Assembly: GCA_963825135.1 (NCBI GenBank)
Contig: CAWGRW010000009.1
Coordinates: forward strand, 480,001-544,000
Length of the DNA stretch: 64,000 nucleotides
Source of the DNA: an uncultured bacterium
GTDB taxonomy: Bacteria; Desulfobacterota_D; UBA1144; Nemesobacterales; UBA2774
Direction of reading: 5' to 3'
How positions within the stretch are numbered: position 1 is the stretch's first letter; each line of letters opens with the position of its first letter. Positions 9,547 to 18,131 of this stretch are shown one piece after another. Made by a program: the position numbers and the translations under genes. The notes beneath the pieces are model-generated. The model saw nothing but the letters and a program-made list of their open reading frames with translations, was not told the DNA's origin and searched no databases.

Positions 9547-10386
9547 TTATCCCGGTCCCCAGATTGCGAGCGCCCTCTTATAAGTCTTACTCTTCGAATA
9601 CCCGGATTCTTCGGACACCGCTTTGACGGCATCCTTGAGGCTCGACCCGATTTTTTTGTGCTGAGACAGCATCCTGTCGATGCTCTCGGGATCGGTCTCC
9701 CCGATTTCAGCCGACGCCCCCTCGACCGCTATCGTCACCTCGCCCTTAATCTCGCTTCGTTTCACGAGCGCTTCGAGCACCTCCGAGACCTTTCCCCTGA
9801 GCGTTTCCTCATAGAGCTTCGTCATCTCGCGGCTGACCGATATGTTCCGGTCTCCGAACACCTCAACCATAACCCGGAGCGTCTTCGCGACCCTGTTGGG
9901 GGATTCATAAAACACGAGCGTTTCAGGATAGTTTTTTATACGCGCGAGGTAGTCGGTCAAATGCTTCTTAGTCCTGGGCGGGAACCCGAAGAACGCGAAG
10001 CTCGAAGTGGGCAGCCCCGAGACGCTCAATGCCGACACAGAGGCTGAAGGCCCCGGTATCGTCAGCACCTCGATACCGTGCTCCGACGCGAGTTTGACGA
10101 GCCTGTATCCGGGGTCCGAGATGCAGGGGGTCCCGGCGTCCGAAACAAGAGCAATGCTCTTTCCCTCCCGGAGGATTGAGAGGAGCTCTTTTGCCTTTTC
10201 GATTTCGTTGTGCTCGTGGTAGCTGACGAGGGGCGTTTCGATCGCATACCGGGTAAGGAGCTTTCTCGTGGTCCTCGTATCCTCGCAGGCGATGACGCCC
10301 GCTTCTTTCAATACCTTAAGCGCCCTGAGTGTTATGTCCTCGAGGTTCCCTATGGGGGTTGAAACGATGTAAAGCCTTCCGCTCAT
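9547..10386 (-). CDS. rsmI: 16S rRNA C1402 2'-O-methyltransferase
   Basis: TPIGNLEDIT.RA, CEDTR, SDAGTP.ISDPG, YESP.R, RE.TKLYE. Confidence 0.95.
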   Translation of the reverse strand: MSGRLYIVSTPIGNLEDITLRALKVLKEAGVIACEDTRTTRKLLTRYAIETPLVSYHEHNEIEKAKELLSILREGKSIALVSDAGTPCISDPGYRLVKLASEHGIEVLTIPGPSASVSALSVSGLPTSSFAFFGFPPRTKKHLTDYLARIKNYPETLVFYESPNRVAKTLRVMVEVFGDRNISVSREMTKLYEETLRGKVSEVLEALVKRSEIKGEVTIAVEGASAEIGETDPESIDRMLSQHKKIGSSLKDAVKAVSEESGYSKSKTYKRALAIWGPG

Positions 10387-10483
10387 CTGGTTTGAGAATA
10401 TATCAATACCGGGAATTCAAGAAAAACATTATAGCCTTAAACAGTATCAACCCTTTATCGGCCTGTGAAGCATCCTGAATGGA

Positions 10484-10981
10484 CTAATCGACGTTGCATC
10501 TCTTATTCGACTCGTAGTTTATACATTTATCCTGGTCTTTTCCGCCGTCCACGCTGTCGGTGCCCATCCCGCCGTCGAGGAAGTCCTCTCCGTCGTTCCC
10601 TTCGAGGTAATCATCACCGTCGCCGCCGTAAGCCACATCGTTGCCCTTACCGCCCCTGACGTCGTCGTTCCCGGCGTCGCCGTATAATATATCATCCCCG
10701 GCCCCGCCGGTGATCGTATCCGCGCCGTCGCCTCCGCATATTACGTCGTCGCCGTCGAGCCCTTTTATCTGATCGTTCCCGCCGAGTCCTACAATTACGT
10801 CAGGCCCTAGCGACCCGTTCAATGTATCGTTCCCGTCCGTACCCACGATGGTCGGCGTTTTACCCTGGCATGTAGGCGGGGGCTGTTGCGGCTGCGCCTG
10901 ATTCGTCGGCGCGGCGTATGAATTTAATGACAGAAGCGTCAACGCTAATAAACCGAAAATACTCATTAATAACCTTCCCAT
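10484..10981 (-). CDS. Secreted calcium-binding protein with RTX-type GGxGxD repeats
   Basis: Signal peptide plus multiple nonapeptide repeats (GLGGNDQI, GGDGADTI, GGAGDDIL...). Confidence 0.85.
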   Translation of the reverse strand: MGRLLMSIFGLLALTLLSLNSYAAPTNQAQPQQPPPTCQGKTPTIVGTDGNDTLNGSLGPDVIVGLGGNDQIKGLDGDDVICGGDGADTITGGAGDDILYGDAGNDDVRGGKGNDVAYGGDGDDYLEGNDGEDFLDGGMGTDSVDGGKDQDKCINYESNKRCNVD

Positions 10982-11216
10982 ATCATCCCTCCCTAACTCT
11001 TTGATATAATTTCAATTAAACAACCGGAGACGAGAGAAGTCAAGCCATAACATGCGGTTATGACGAATATGAAATGTAGCGGGGCAGTGGATAGATGGAA
11101 TGCAAAATGTGGCGGAGTCTGTTTGAAAATATCCGAACGGAACTGACTGGGCTCGGCGGGCGGAATTCCCCCCACACCCCCCTTCCGCCCGCCTCGCCTT
11201 GAACCGGAGCGGGAAG

Positions 11217-11265
11217 GACGATTTCAAGCTTTTCTTTGGCGGCGAATTCTTTTAATTCAGTTATT
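11217..11265 (-). pseudogene. Remnant resembling the N-terminus of a large serine recombinase
   Basis: Translates ITELKEFAAKEKLEIV, recalled from the segment after the catalytic Ser in such recombinases; no start and no catalytic motif. Confidence 0.5.
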
Positions 11266-11467
11266 TCTTGTTGTATTCCAAAATATCTCCCGGCTGACAT
11301 TCCAACGCTTTGCAAATCGCCTCCAAGGTTGATAGCCGGATCGCTTTTGCCTTGCCGTTTTTCAACACGGAAATATTGGCCATCGTGATGCCGACTTTCT
11401 CGGCAAGCTCGGTGACGCTCATTTTCCGCTTCGCCAACATGACGTCGATGTTAATGATGATTGCCAT
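11261..11467 (-). CDS. Cro/C1-type HTH regulator (YozG-like)
   Basis: IDVMLAKRKMSVTELAEKVGITMANISVLKNGKAKAIR...CQPGDILEY. Confidence 0.92.
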   Translation of the reverse strand: MAIIINIDVMLAKRKMSVTELAEKVGITMANISVLKNGKAKAIRLSTLEAICKALECQPGDILEYNKK

Positions 11468-11477
11468 GCTGGTCTCG

Positions 11478-11957
11478 TTATACCGTTAAGTCGTTCTCGG
11501 ATTTCATATCCACGGCATTTTGCAAAATCCGTTCAAACACCGCCGCCGCAGTGGCAATCACGATCGAACCGAAGGTGATGAGGACGCCCATGAAAACCCC
11601 GCCTGCAGCATCATCACTGCCATGGTTCAACATAATGAAGATTTCTTCTACCGCAACAAAACCAATGATGGCTAGCGCGCAATATTTTATGGTCCGCAGA
11701 GCTTTCACGGCCTCCGGCGAGAATACCTTATTTTGTCCGACATATCCCAACACCTTGAATGCCTGATAGAGCGCCACGAAAAACGGAATGGACCCCATAT
11801 ACACAAACGCCAGAAATGGATCTTTGAAGTAGATTTGAAAGAGCGTGGCATGCGCGTTCCTGCCCTCGATGTGAGGCTCCCAAAGCAGAAGGGCAAGAGC
11901 GCCAATGCCGATGAGCACAATGACTACCTGAAGAAATATTGTTGAGCTTCTTTTCAT
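11478..11957 (-). CDS. DUF2975 (YoaS-like) membrane protein
   Basis: About 4 TM segments, C-terminal KSENDLTV, paired with YozG-like HTH. Confidence 0.9.
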   Translation of the reverse strand: MKRSSTIFLQVVIVLIGIGALALLLWEPHIEGRNAHATLFQIYFKDPFLAFVYMGSIPFFVALYQAFKVLGYVGQNKVFSPEAVKALRTIKYCALAIIGFVAVEEIFIMLNHGSDDAAGGVFMGVLITFGSIVIATAAAVFERILQNAVDMKSENDLTV

Positions 11958-11987
11958 AGGTGGCTCTCATAAATTATTTATATGCCC

Positions 11988-12031
11988 ATATTAATTTACC
12001 GCTTATCGTTTGTCAATATATATTTATCGTT
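11988..12031 (-). promoter_or_regulatory. Putative sigma70 promoter with candidate operator for the DUF2975-HTH operon
   Basis: TTGACA(12016-12011)-N17-TAATAT; TTATCGTT direct repeats at 12003 and 12024 flank the -35. Confidence 0.55.
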
Positions 12032-12059
12032 ATCTGTGGATAACCTGCCTACATCCACT

Positions 12060-12352
12060 TCAATGCTTTACAATTTCCTGTTTAATGATACGGATCATCT
12101 CTTGAAGAAGAAAATCAAGATTTGGCTGAAAACTCATTTGCATTTTTGTAGGTAGAATGTCTTTCTTATTTGGGTGTGTAAGTACGAATCTGCAATTTTC
12201 TTCGTTGACTCTTAAAGCGGTTTTACTACATCCCTAAAACTTATTGAACCATAATCTGAACTAACTTCCTCAAAACTTTTCATTCCGAATATGGGAGTAG
12301 CGGCAAGAATTATGGATGGTTCGTAGAAAATGCTTAGAAAGGCAAATTCATC
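12060..12352 (-). pseudogene. Decayed gene fragment, possibly HEPN-like domain
   Basis: Manual translation TPIFGMKSFEEVSSDYGSISFRDVVKPL*ESTKKIADSYLHTQIRK / ILPTKMQMSFQPNLDFLLQEMIRIIK; in-frame TAA (12212-12214) plus a frameshift. Confidence 0.55.
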
Positions 12353-12390
12353 TATATAAGGGTCCCGGGTGCAAGACACGCTGGACTCGC

Positions 12391-12735
12391 TTAATCCTGC
12401 CTGACTATGTCGACCGATATCTCCACCGCCGGAATCGTTCCTCTGTTTTCAAGCCAGTGTGTGGTGTTCCTATCCTCGGGCCAACCCACTCCCGGCCCAT
12501 AGTCAGTAGCGACGCCATTTCGATGGTCAGTGATCATTCCTTGCAGTATATAGACGGTGCCTGGTCTGTCTTTATGGTCGTGAATCGGGCCGAAGACGCC
12601 TCCAGGTTCGATGGTCACCATACGCATTCGAAGTTGGCGCCCTGCCATGCCCTCGATCTCGGGGCCAAGGTCAACCGTTGCAAGTAACTTCACCGTAACA
12701 CCTTTCGTCTCAGGTGCCACCTGTTCGTTGTTCAT
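12391..12735 (-). CDS. Cupin domain protein
   Basis: IEPGG..HDH..RPGTVYILQG..THWLENRG; ATG 12735 after GAGGAGG. Confidence 0.85.
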   Translation of the reverse strand: MNNEQVAPETKGVTVKLLATVDLGPEIEGMAGRQLRMRMVTIEPGGVFGPIHDHKDRPGTVYILQGMITDHRNGVATDYGPGVGWPEDRNTTHWLENRGTIPAVEISVDIVRQD

Positions 12736-12913
12736 CGTGCCCTCCTCTTTGTAACTTCCAGGGCCTAACATAGAATTACATTACAATCTTACTAGATGAT
12801 AACAATTTCTTAAATTTCTTCTAGAAAAGCCCGCTTTTGGCCTTACCTGAATTCAAAATGGCTTGAATTATCGGCGAAAAACGGCTGGCGAGCCGACAAA
12901 CGCATTTCCTAAC

Positions 12914-12999
12914 TGGCGGAGGGCGAGGGATTCGAACCCCCAAGTCCTTGCGGACGCCGGTTTTCAAGACCGGTGCATTAGCCGTTCTGCCAGCCCTCC
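12914..12999 (-). tRNA. tRNA-Ser(TGA)
   Basis: Acceptor GGAGGGC/GCCCTCC, G discriminator, encoded CCA, anticodon arm CCGGT-CTTGAAA-ACCGG, long variable arm, GGTTCGAATCC T-loop. Confidence 0.97.
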
Positions 13000-13105
13000 G
13001 GGGGATCATTGCTATTGAACATTAATATAAAGGCAGGACGTTTGAAATACTACAGCATAGCCATTCCCCAGGCAAGAATGTCGGACCGTCAGGATGGTCC
13101 TTCCC

Positions 13106-13303
13106 TTAGAAACCGGGACTGTCCAGATCCTCAAACCTGCCGGGGCGATAAAGGTCGAGCGCCTTCGGATTGTAAGGCCCGCCGTAACCGCCACCGGTAC
13201 AATCACAGGGAGGATCGGCGCACGGGGAACAGCCGCTGCCGACTGTAGAACCGCAGGCCGTTATAAAGAGCAGAAACAAACAGAGCGCGACCATCCTTAA
13301 CAT
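13106..13303 (-). CDS. Small Cys/Gly/Pro-rich putative lipoprotein
   Basis: Hydrophobic leader ending FITAC (lipobox-like), then CSPCADPPCDC. Confidence 0.55.
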   Translation of the reverse strand: MLRMVALCLFLLFITACGSTVGSGCSPCADPPCDCTGGGYGGPYNPKALDLYRPGRFEDLDSPGF

Positions 13304-13404
13304 GACAGACCCTCTAGGATTATAGAACGGAATTAAGGATAGACTAATCCGGAGGATCGATTCCAACAGAACCGGCGAGAGGAGAATCGTGCGACAGGCC
13401 CGCT

Positions 13405-13764
13405 CTAAGCCCTCTTTGCGTACTCGGACATGCCGCTGATGTCAACCAACACCACAGGCTCGCTGCCGACCACCCACGCGTCGTGCCCCGGAGGGAGGTG
13501 CGATACGTCGCCCGGCCCGAATATATCCTCCGAGCCGTCGTCCATCTTGACAGCCAGGCGTCCGGAAACGTGATACTGAATGTGAGGGGCCTCGCAGCTC
13601 TTCGTGTTGGCTATAGGCTTTACGCTCTCCGACCACTTCCACCCAGGCTCGAGCGTGGCCCGGCCGAAAGTGACTCCGGCGAGCGTAATGAGCTCAACTT
13701 TGCCTTTGGAAAAGGGGCGTGTTTCATCAGGGGCGCTCATGTTTTTCTTTTCCATTTTTGCCAT
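13405..13764 (-). CDS. Cupin domain protein
   Basis: EPGWKWSESVKPIA..SC...H, PGD...PPGHDAWVVG. Confidence 0.88.
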   Translation of the reverse strand: MAKMEKKNMSAPDETRPFSKGKVELITLAGVTFGRATLEPGWKWSESVKPIANTKSCEAPHIQYHVSGRLAVKMDDGSEDIFGPGDVSHLPPGHDAWVVGSEPVVLVDISGMSEYAKRA

Positions 13765-13912
13765 AATTCGTCATCTCCTCTAATTAAGAATGTGATTTAA
13801 GACCTCTTTCTCAGATTTTCTCATATACGATAAAAATTTGCAAGGGGTGCGCTTTGCCTTCGTCTGTACTCTACATGTGCGCTCGGGACGAACGGATTAA
13901 AGCTAATGAGGT

Positions 13913-13956
13913 AAACCCCCACCCACCCCTCCCCCTTTGAAGATGGGGAGGGAAAT
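13913..13956. repeat. REP-like CCCTCCCC...GGGGAGGG hairpin
   Basis: 8-bp stem 13927-13934/13945-13952 with a C-rich leader like the 9430 copy. Confidence 0.55.
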
Positions 13957-13986
13957 AATGGAAGGACGAATCGGTTAAGACAGAAT

Positions 13987-15357
13987 TTACTTTAGAAACT
14001 CACCGACCTCGAGGAGTATGAATTCGTTGTCGTCGTTTTTGCCGAGGGTACGGCCGGACGAATAACCGTAATTGTTATCGTTTAACACGACTATGTGAGT
14101 CGGATCGTATACATCAACGCCCTCGACAGTCTCGAAGGGGAACGTGAACACGGGCCCCTTGACTCCGAGCCGCGAGACATGGTTCGGGTCTTTTATGTCG
14201 AGGAGGTCGATGTAGGCGGCCTTCCTGACGAACCCGTCCTTGTCCACTTCGCCCATATCGATCTTATAGATACGCTTGAACCTCGCCGGGTCATCGAAAC
14301 AATTTCCCGCCGCCGCTTTCTCCTTGTCTCCGTTACACGCAAGCGACGCATCGCCCTCACCGGGGTCCCGCTCCGCCACCAACCCCGTGCGGTCATCGAT
14401 GAGATTAAAATCCGTGACGGAATTGCTCTTGTCCCCGAGGGCGTATTTAAACGTGCGCCCCGTGAAACCGCCTTTTCCGACATCGAACTCGAAGATACGG
14501 ACGTAGCTTACCCCGTCCCGGCTCTCGAAGGATTTGGTCTCCTCGATCCAGAGCGGGGCTTCCAGTATCGGGTAGAGATATTTCCCGTCGGGGGAGGCGG
14601 CCATACTCTCGAAGCCGCGCGACTTCTTCACGTCGAACGTCACCGGGCCGGGCACCGGCAGCGACTGGAACGTGTAGTGATCGGGGGACCTGAGTATTTT
14701 GCCGTTATATTTCAATTCCCAGAACCCGGTCAGTTTTCCGTCCATGTCGGTTCGGATGATATAGGGCCCGAACTCGTCCCCGATGAATACCGAGTCTCCG
14801 ACTATCTGTATGGACTCGGGATCGATGTCGGCCCCTGTCAGATAGCGTTTGGCTGTCGCCTCGTTCGTAATGCGGAACGGCAGAATGAGGTCAGGGTCGT
14901 GCAGATAAATTGTTTTGATAAGCTTTACCTCGCCCTTGTCCCAGTCGATCCTGACACGGTGGAACATGAGCATCGCGTCGGGCGAATTTTTGGCGGTACC
15001 GTAACCGTTGTCGGCGATTATTACCGCCGTCCCGTCTTTCAGCATTTTAATCCCGGAAAAACCCTGGAAGGGCTGCCCTTCGACTGGTAGATTGACGTCC
15101 TTTACGCGGGGCCTGTTACGGTCCTTCCCCGATATTGCTCCCACATCGTCCCTCCGCTTCGCATCGGGATGAGTGTATTTTCCGCTGGTCTGTAAATGTC
15201 CGGGCACGTCCCCGGGCGGGGTCAATATAGACATTAAGGGGACGATCGCATGGCCAGAGAGGACGGCTTCTGATTCCTCTTGCCCCGATGCCGACTGAGT
15301 GAAATATAGGGCGACGATAAGCAAAACGAATGCAGAGATAGGTGTCCGGTTTCTCAT
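13987..15357 (-). CDS. Secreted esterase-like/phytase-like beta-propeller protein
   Basis: Signal peptide; QGFSG, DNGYG, DPES, GDEFGPY, SRGFE, NDNNY motifs. Confidence 0.85.
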   Translation of the reverse strand: MRNRTPISAFVLLIVALYFTQSASGQEESEAVLSGHAIVPLMSILTPPGDVPGHLQTSGKYTHPDAKRRDDVGAISGKDRNRPRVKDVNLPVEGQPFQGFSGIKMLKDGTAVIIADNGYGTAKNSPDAMLMFHRVRIDWDKGEVKLIKTIYLHDPDLILPFRITNEATAKRYLTGADIDPESIQIVGDSVFIGDEFGPYIIRTDMDGKLTGFWELKYNGKILRSPDHYTFQSLPVPGPVTFDVKKSRGFESMAASPDGKYLYPILEAPLWIEETKSFESRDGVSYVRIFEFDVGKGGFTGRTFKYALGDKSNSVTDFNLIDDRTGLVAERDPGEGDASLACNGDKEKAAAGNCFDDPARFKRIYKIDMGEVDKDGFVRKAAYIDLLDIKDPNHVSRLGVKGPVFTFPFETVEGVDVYDPTHIVVLNDNNYGYSSGRTLGKNDDNEFILLEVGEFLK

Positions 15358-15465
15358 TCACGGTAAAAATACTTTAATTACGGGCACATTTCCAGAAAAT
15401 GCCGGGATACCGAGCTGCTCGTGATTAATTTGATCGGAACGCTTTCAGGGTTGTGAATCCGGTGA

Positions 15466-16053
15466 TTACAGTAGCTTCGCGAGGTCCTCGTCCGAGAGCT
15501 CTATCGGCTCTACAGCCTCGTTGATGTTTTTTTTGAAATTGGAGAGGCTCTCCCCGAGAAGATAGCACGTGAGGAGGGACCTTATGTGCTTGTGCATTAT
15601 CACGAGCACCTTTTCGCCGGGATATTTGAGCGCGATCTCGCGGATCGTCCTCTTTATGCGGCTCTCTACTTCTTCGAGCGTCTCGGGGCCGTTCGGTATC
15701 GGGATGCTCGTATCCCCGTCTATAAACCAGGCCTTGAACCGTGTGGAGGGGTCGTTTAACAGGTCCTCGTACTTCTGTCCGTTCCAGTCCCCGTGGTCGA
15801 GCTCCCGCAGGCCCTGGTGAACGTCGAGCGGTATGTTCAGACTGTCCGCGTAGTACCGCGAGGTCTCAAGCGCGCGCTTTAGCGGGCTCGATACTATTCT
15901 GTCGAATTTGTACTTTTCCACGACAGGCAGGGTGTCTTTCGCCTCCGCCCGGCCGACGTCGCATAGCGGCAGGTCGGTAGTGCCGATGAGCCTCCCCTCG
16001 AGGTTCCATTCCGTCTTGCAGTGGCGGCCCAGATAAATTTTCGCTGTCTTCAT
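15466..16053 (-). CDS. Histidine phosphatase superfamily protein
   Basis: RHC.T.WN, SSPLKRA, LRELDHG.W.G, second His in VIMH. Confidence 0.9.
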   Translation of the reverse strand: MKTAKIYLGRHCKTEWNLEGRLIGTTDLPLCDVGRAEAKDTLPVVEKYKFDRIVSSPLKRALETSRYYADSLNIPLDVHQGLRELDHGDWNGQKYEDLLNDPSTRFKAWFIDGDTSIPIPNGPETLEEVESRIKRTIREIALKYPGEKVLVIMHKHIRSLLTCYLLGESLSNFKKNINEAVEPIELSDEDLAKLL

Positions 16054-16163
16054 TCGTGGGTTCCCGGCGGTTTTATCGGATATTGCGAATTGCGTTCCGC
16101 GTAATTTATATACTCAAACCAGGCAACAATATACCAAAGGAAGCGTATTTGGCAATGAGGAAT

Positions 16164-17852
16164 TTAATTAACGGAACCGGCTAACTTCTCGATCTCCCGA
16201 TCCTGATTCTCCTCCGCAAGGCTGCTTTTCTTAAGCCCCGGAAGGAATTTCCCTCCGAGCAATACATGACCCCGCTCCACTCCTTCGATAAGCCTCTTCA
16301 CGAGATACTCCCTGTCGAGCCCGAGTATATTCACGCCGTGGTCGGACTCCACGAGACAGAGCAGGTTGATGCCCTCCCCGTTCCTGTTGGCGACCTCGTA
16401 GATGGCGGAATAGTTGAGAAGAGCCGCCTCGACGGTGCCGCACGGAAGCGAAGGGTTCCTCGCCCCGGAGAAATATTCGCTCTTTCCGAACCATGCCGGG
16501 TCGGGGTAGCCGTGGAAGTGCAGTATAGAAAGCCCGTTCTTTATCAGCTCCGGCGTGTAGAGCGCGGCGGCTATGGCCTGAGCGAGTATCACGTACGTGT
16601 CGAACGACGGCCTGATATCCCGCCTGTGGAGGTCGACGCCCCTCGGGGTTTCGAGATTGAGCTTTCCTTTTATCAATCCTATCCTTACGATGTCGGTGTT
16701 CGGGTCGAGGTCCGTTTTGTTGCTCCCGGAGCGCGAAGTAACGATCCAGATGTCAGGGACCTGCTGAAAGATCTCCTTTCCGCGTATAACCGACCTGACG
16801 TACCACCTGCCCTCTTTATTCTCCCTGACGGTGCCGTCGTTAAAGTTCTCTACGTTGGCGAACGTCCCCCATTCTTCTTTCGATACCGTCACGGGACCCT
16901 CGTATCTCGGAGCTTCCGCTATGGCGATAAACCCGTACGAAACCCCTGTCCTGCCCTCGAGTATCGTTTCAACTACATCCCTGTGAGAGAGCCTCGTAAT
17001 CTTCTCGCTGAACTTCGAGCCCTGCGGAAAGAGAGAAGTCGGCTCCACGAGCCTCCCCAGATCGGCGAGCTGCCCGGGGAAAACGGAATGAGAGGGATCG
17101 TACTCCCCCTTCTTAAACCTCGTAAGCACGGGCGGTTTTATAGGGGCGTATATCTTCGGTATGAGTGAATTGAGAACGAACTCGTCGAGCTCGTCGTTCC
17201 GGTATATGGAGTCCGAAAGGTTCATGTTTACGAGGGAGAACTTATCGGGGGCGATCCCCATGACGATCTCCGACATAGTGGTTATAAGGTTCTTAAGCCC
17301 GATCGCTATCTTTCTGTCGTATGTCGTGCCCGCATCGGCAAACTCCGGCTCAAGAGGCATGAGCGTGATTATCTGTGTATTGAACGGGTCCTGAACATAC
17401 CTGGCCGTAAAGTCATCCGCCCATCCGCTTATCTTGAGTATCTCCATAACGGACCTCTCCGGCTTCCGGGTATGGACATACATTTTCTCGGCGAGGGCGC
17501 TGAATAATTTACGCGTAAGGGAATACTCCCTCTTGACGTCCACTACGGCATGGATGCTGCTGCTGACCTTCCGGGTCCGGAGTATCTTTGAAATAATCCC
17601 GGGAGGGACTTCCGCGGCATCGTCCCAGTCTATCACCTGGACGCCGTTTTGTTTCAGTTTCTGTTCGAGCTTTTCCCTGAAACGAATCACTACCTGGTTG
17701 CCGAAATTCTTCGGCAGGGGTCTGAACGTAACCCTGACCCTCTTGGCCATCTCGGACGGCATTCTCGGGTTGACGAGTTCCTTCTGGGGGGGCATCCCCG
17801 CCAGGCTTATAATCGTATCGAGTTCAAGATCAGCTAATTTGTGACTATCCAT
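16164..17852 (-). CDS. Uncharacterised 562-aa protein with class II aldolase/adducin-like C-terminal domain
   Basis: Long ORF; motifs TSRSGSNKTDLDP..DIV, RPSFD, HFH, PCGT, DHG. Confidence 0.7.
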   Translation of the reverse strand: MDSHKLADLELDTIISLAGMPPQKELVNPRMPSEMAKRVRVTFRPLPKNFGNQVVIRFREKLEQKLKQNGVQVIDWDDAAEVPPGIISKILRTRKVSSSIHAVVDVKREYSLTRKLFSALAEKMYVHTRKPERSVMEILKISGWADDFTARYVQDPFNTQIITLMPLEPEFADAGTTYDRKIAIGLKNLITTMSEIVMGIAPDKFSLVNMNLSDSIYRNDELDEFVLNSLIPKIYAPIKPPVLTRFKKGEYDPSHSVFPGQLADLGRLVEPTSLFPQGSKFSEKITRLSHRDVVETILEGRTGVSYGFIAIAEAPRYEGPVTVSKEEWGTFANVENFNDGTVRENKEGRWYVRSVIRGKEIFQQVPDIWIVTSRSGSNKTDLDPNTDIVRIGLIKGKLNLETPRGVDLHRRDIRPSFDTYVILAQAIAAALYTPELIKNGLSILHFHGYPDPAWFGKSEYFSGARNPSLPCGTVEAALLNYSAIYEVANRNGEGINLLCLVESDHGVNILGLDREYLVKRLIEGVERGHVLLGGKFLPGLKKSSLAEENQDREIEKLAGSVN

Positions 17853-18131
17853 TTTCTCTCCCGCTTCCGATACACCCTTTCAAGCGGCGTCCCCGGCAAT
17901 GCGCCAGTCCCCAAGCTCCGTATCCGTCAGAAACCCGCAGATTCAAATCGAGCAACGATAAATGTATCTTTGTGCTAATAATGTTATAGAACCCGTGCAA
18001 ACAGCTCTTCAATTATAGACCATCGAGGCCGGTTACTCAACAAACGGTTCGTGCGGGGTTAAGTATAGACGAGAATACGTATAAGACAATCTCCCCCGGG
18101 CGTACTGTATAGACCATTAAGACGAAGGGGT

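Larger units (their letters stand above)
11110..12921. mobile_element. Decayed genomic island at tRNA-Ser 3' end
   Basis: TGGCGGAG direct repeat at 11110-11117 and 12914-12921 (tRNA 3' end); AT-richer interior; recombinase-like fragments; accessory cargo. Confidence 0.6.

Noticed and set aside
9379..10047. 222-aa + strand ORF
   Set aside because: Antisense to rsmI and runs through repeat hairpins
10484..10981. RTX toxin / type I secretion system
   Set aside because: Short protein with a Sec-type signal, no toxin domain, no T1SS genes
12035..12043. oriC from a DnaA box in AT-rich DNA
   Set aside because: Single box, inside a decayed island, no dnaA context
12914..12999. Selenocysteine or suppressor tRNA
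   Set aside because: Anticodon is TGA (reads UCA) with a 7-bp acceptor stem: ordinary tRNA-Ser
14095..15090. Long antisense ORFs (also 16266-17168, 32862-33848, 57251-58513 and others)
   Set aside because: Shadows of well-supported opposite-strand genes; no motifs; expected from codon bias
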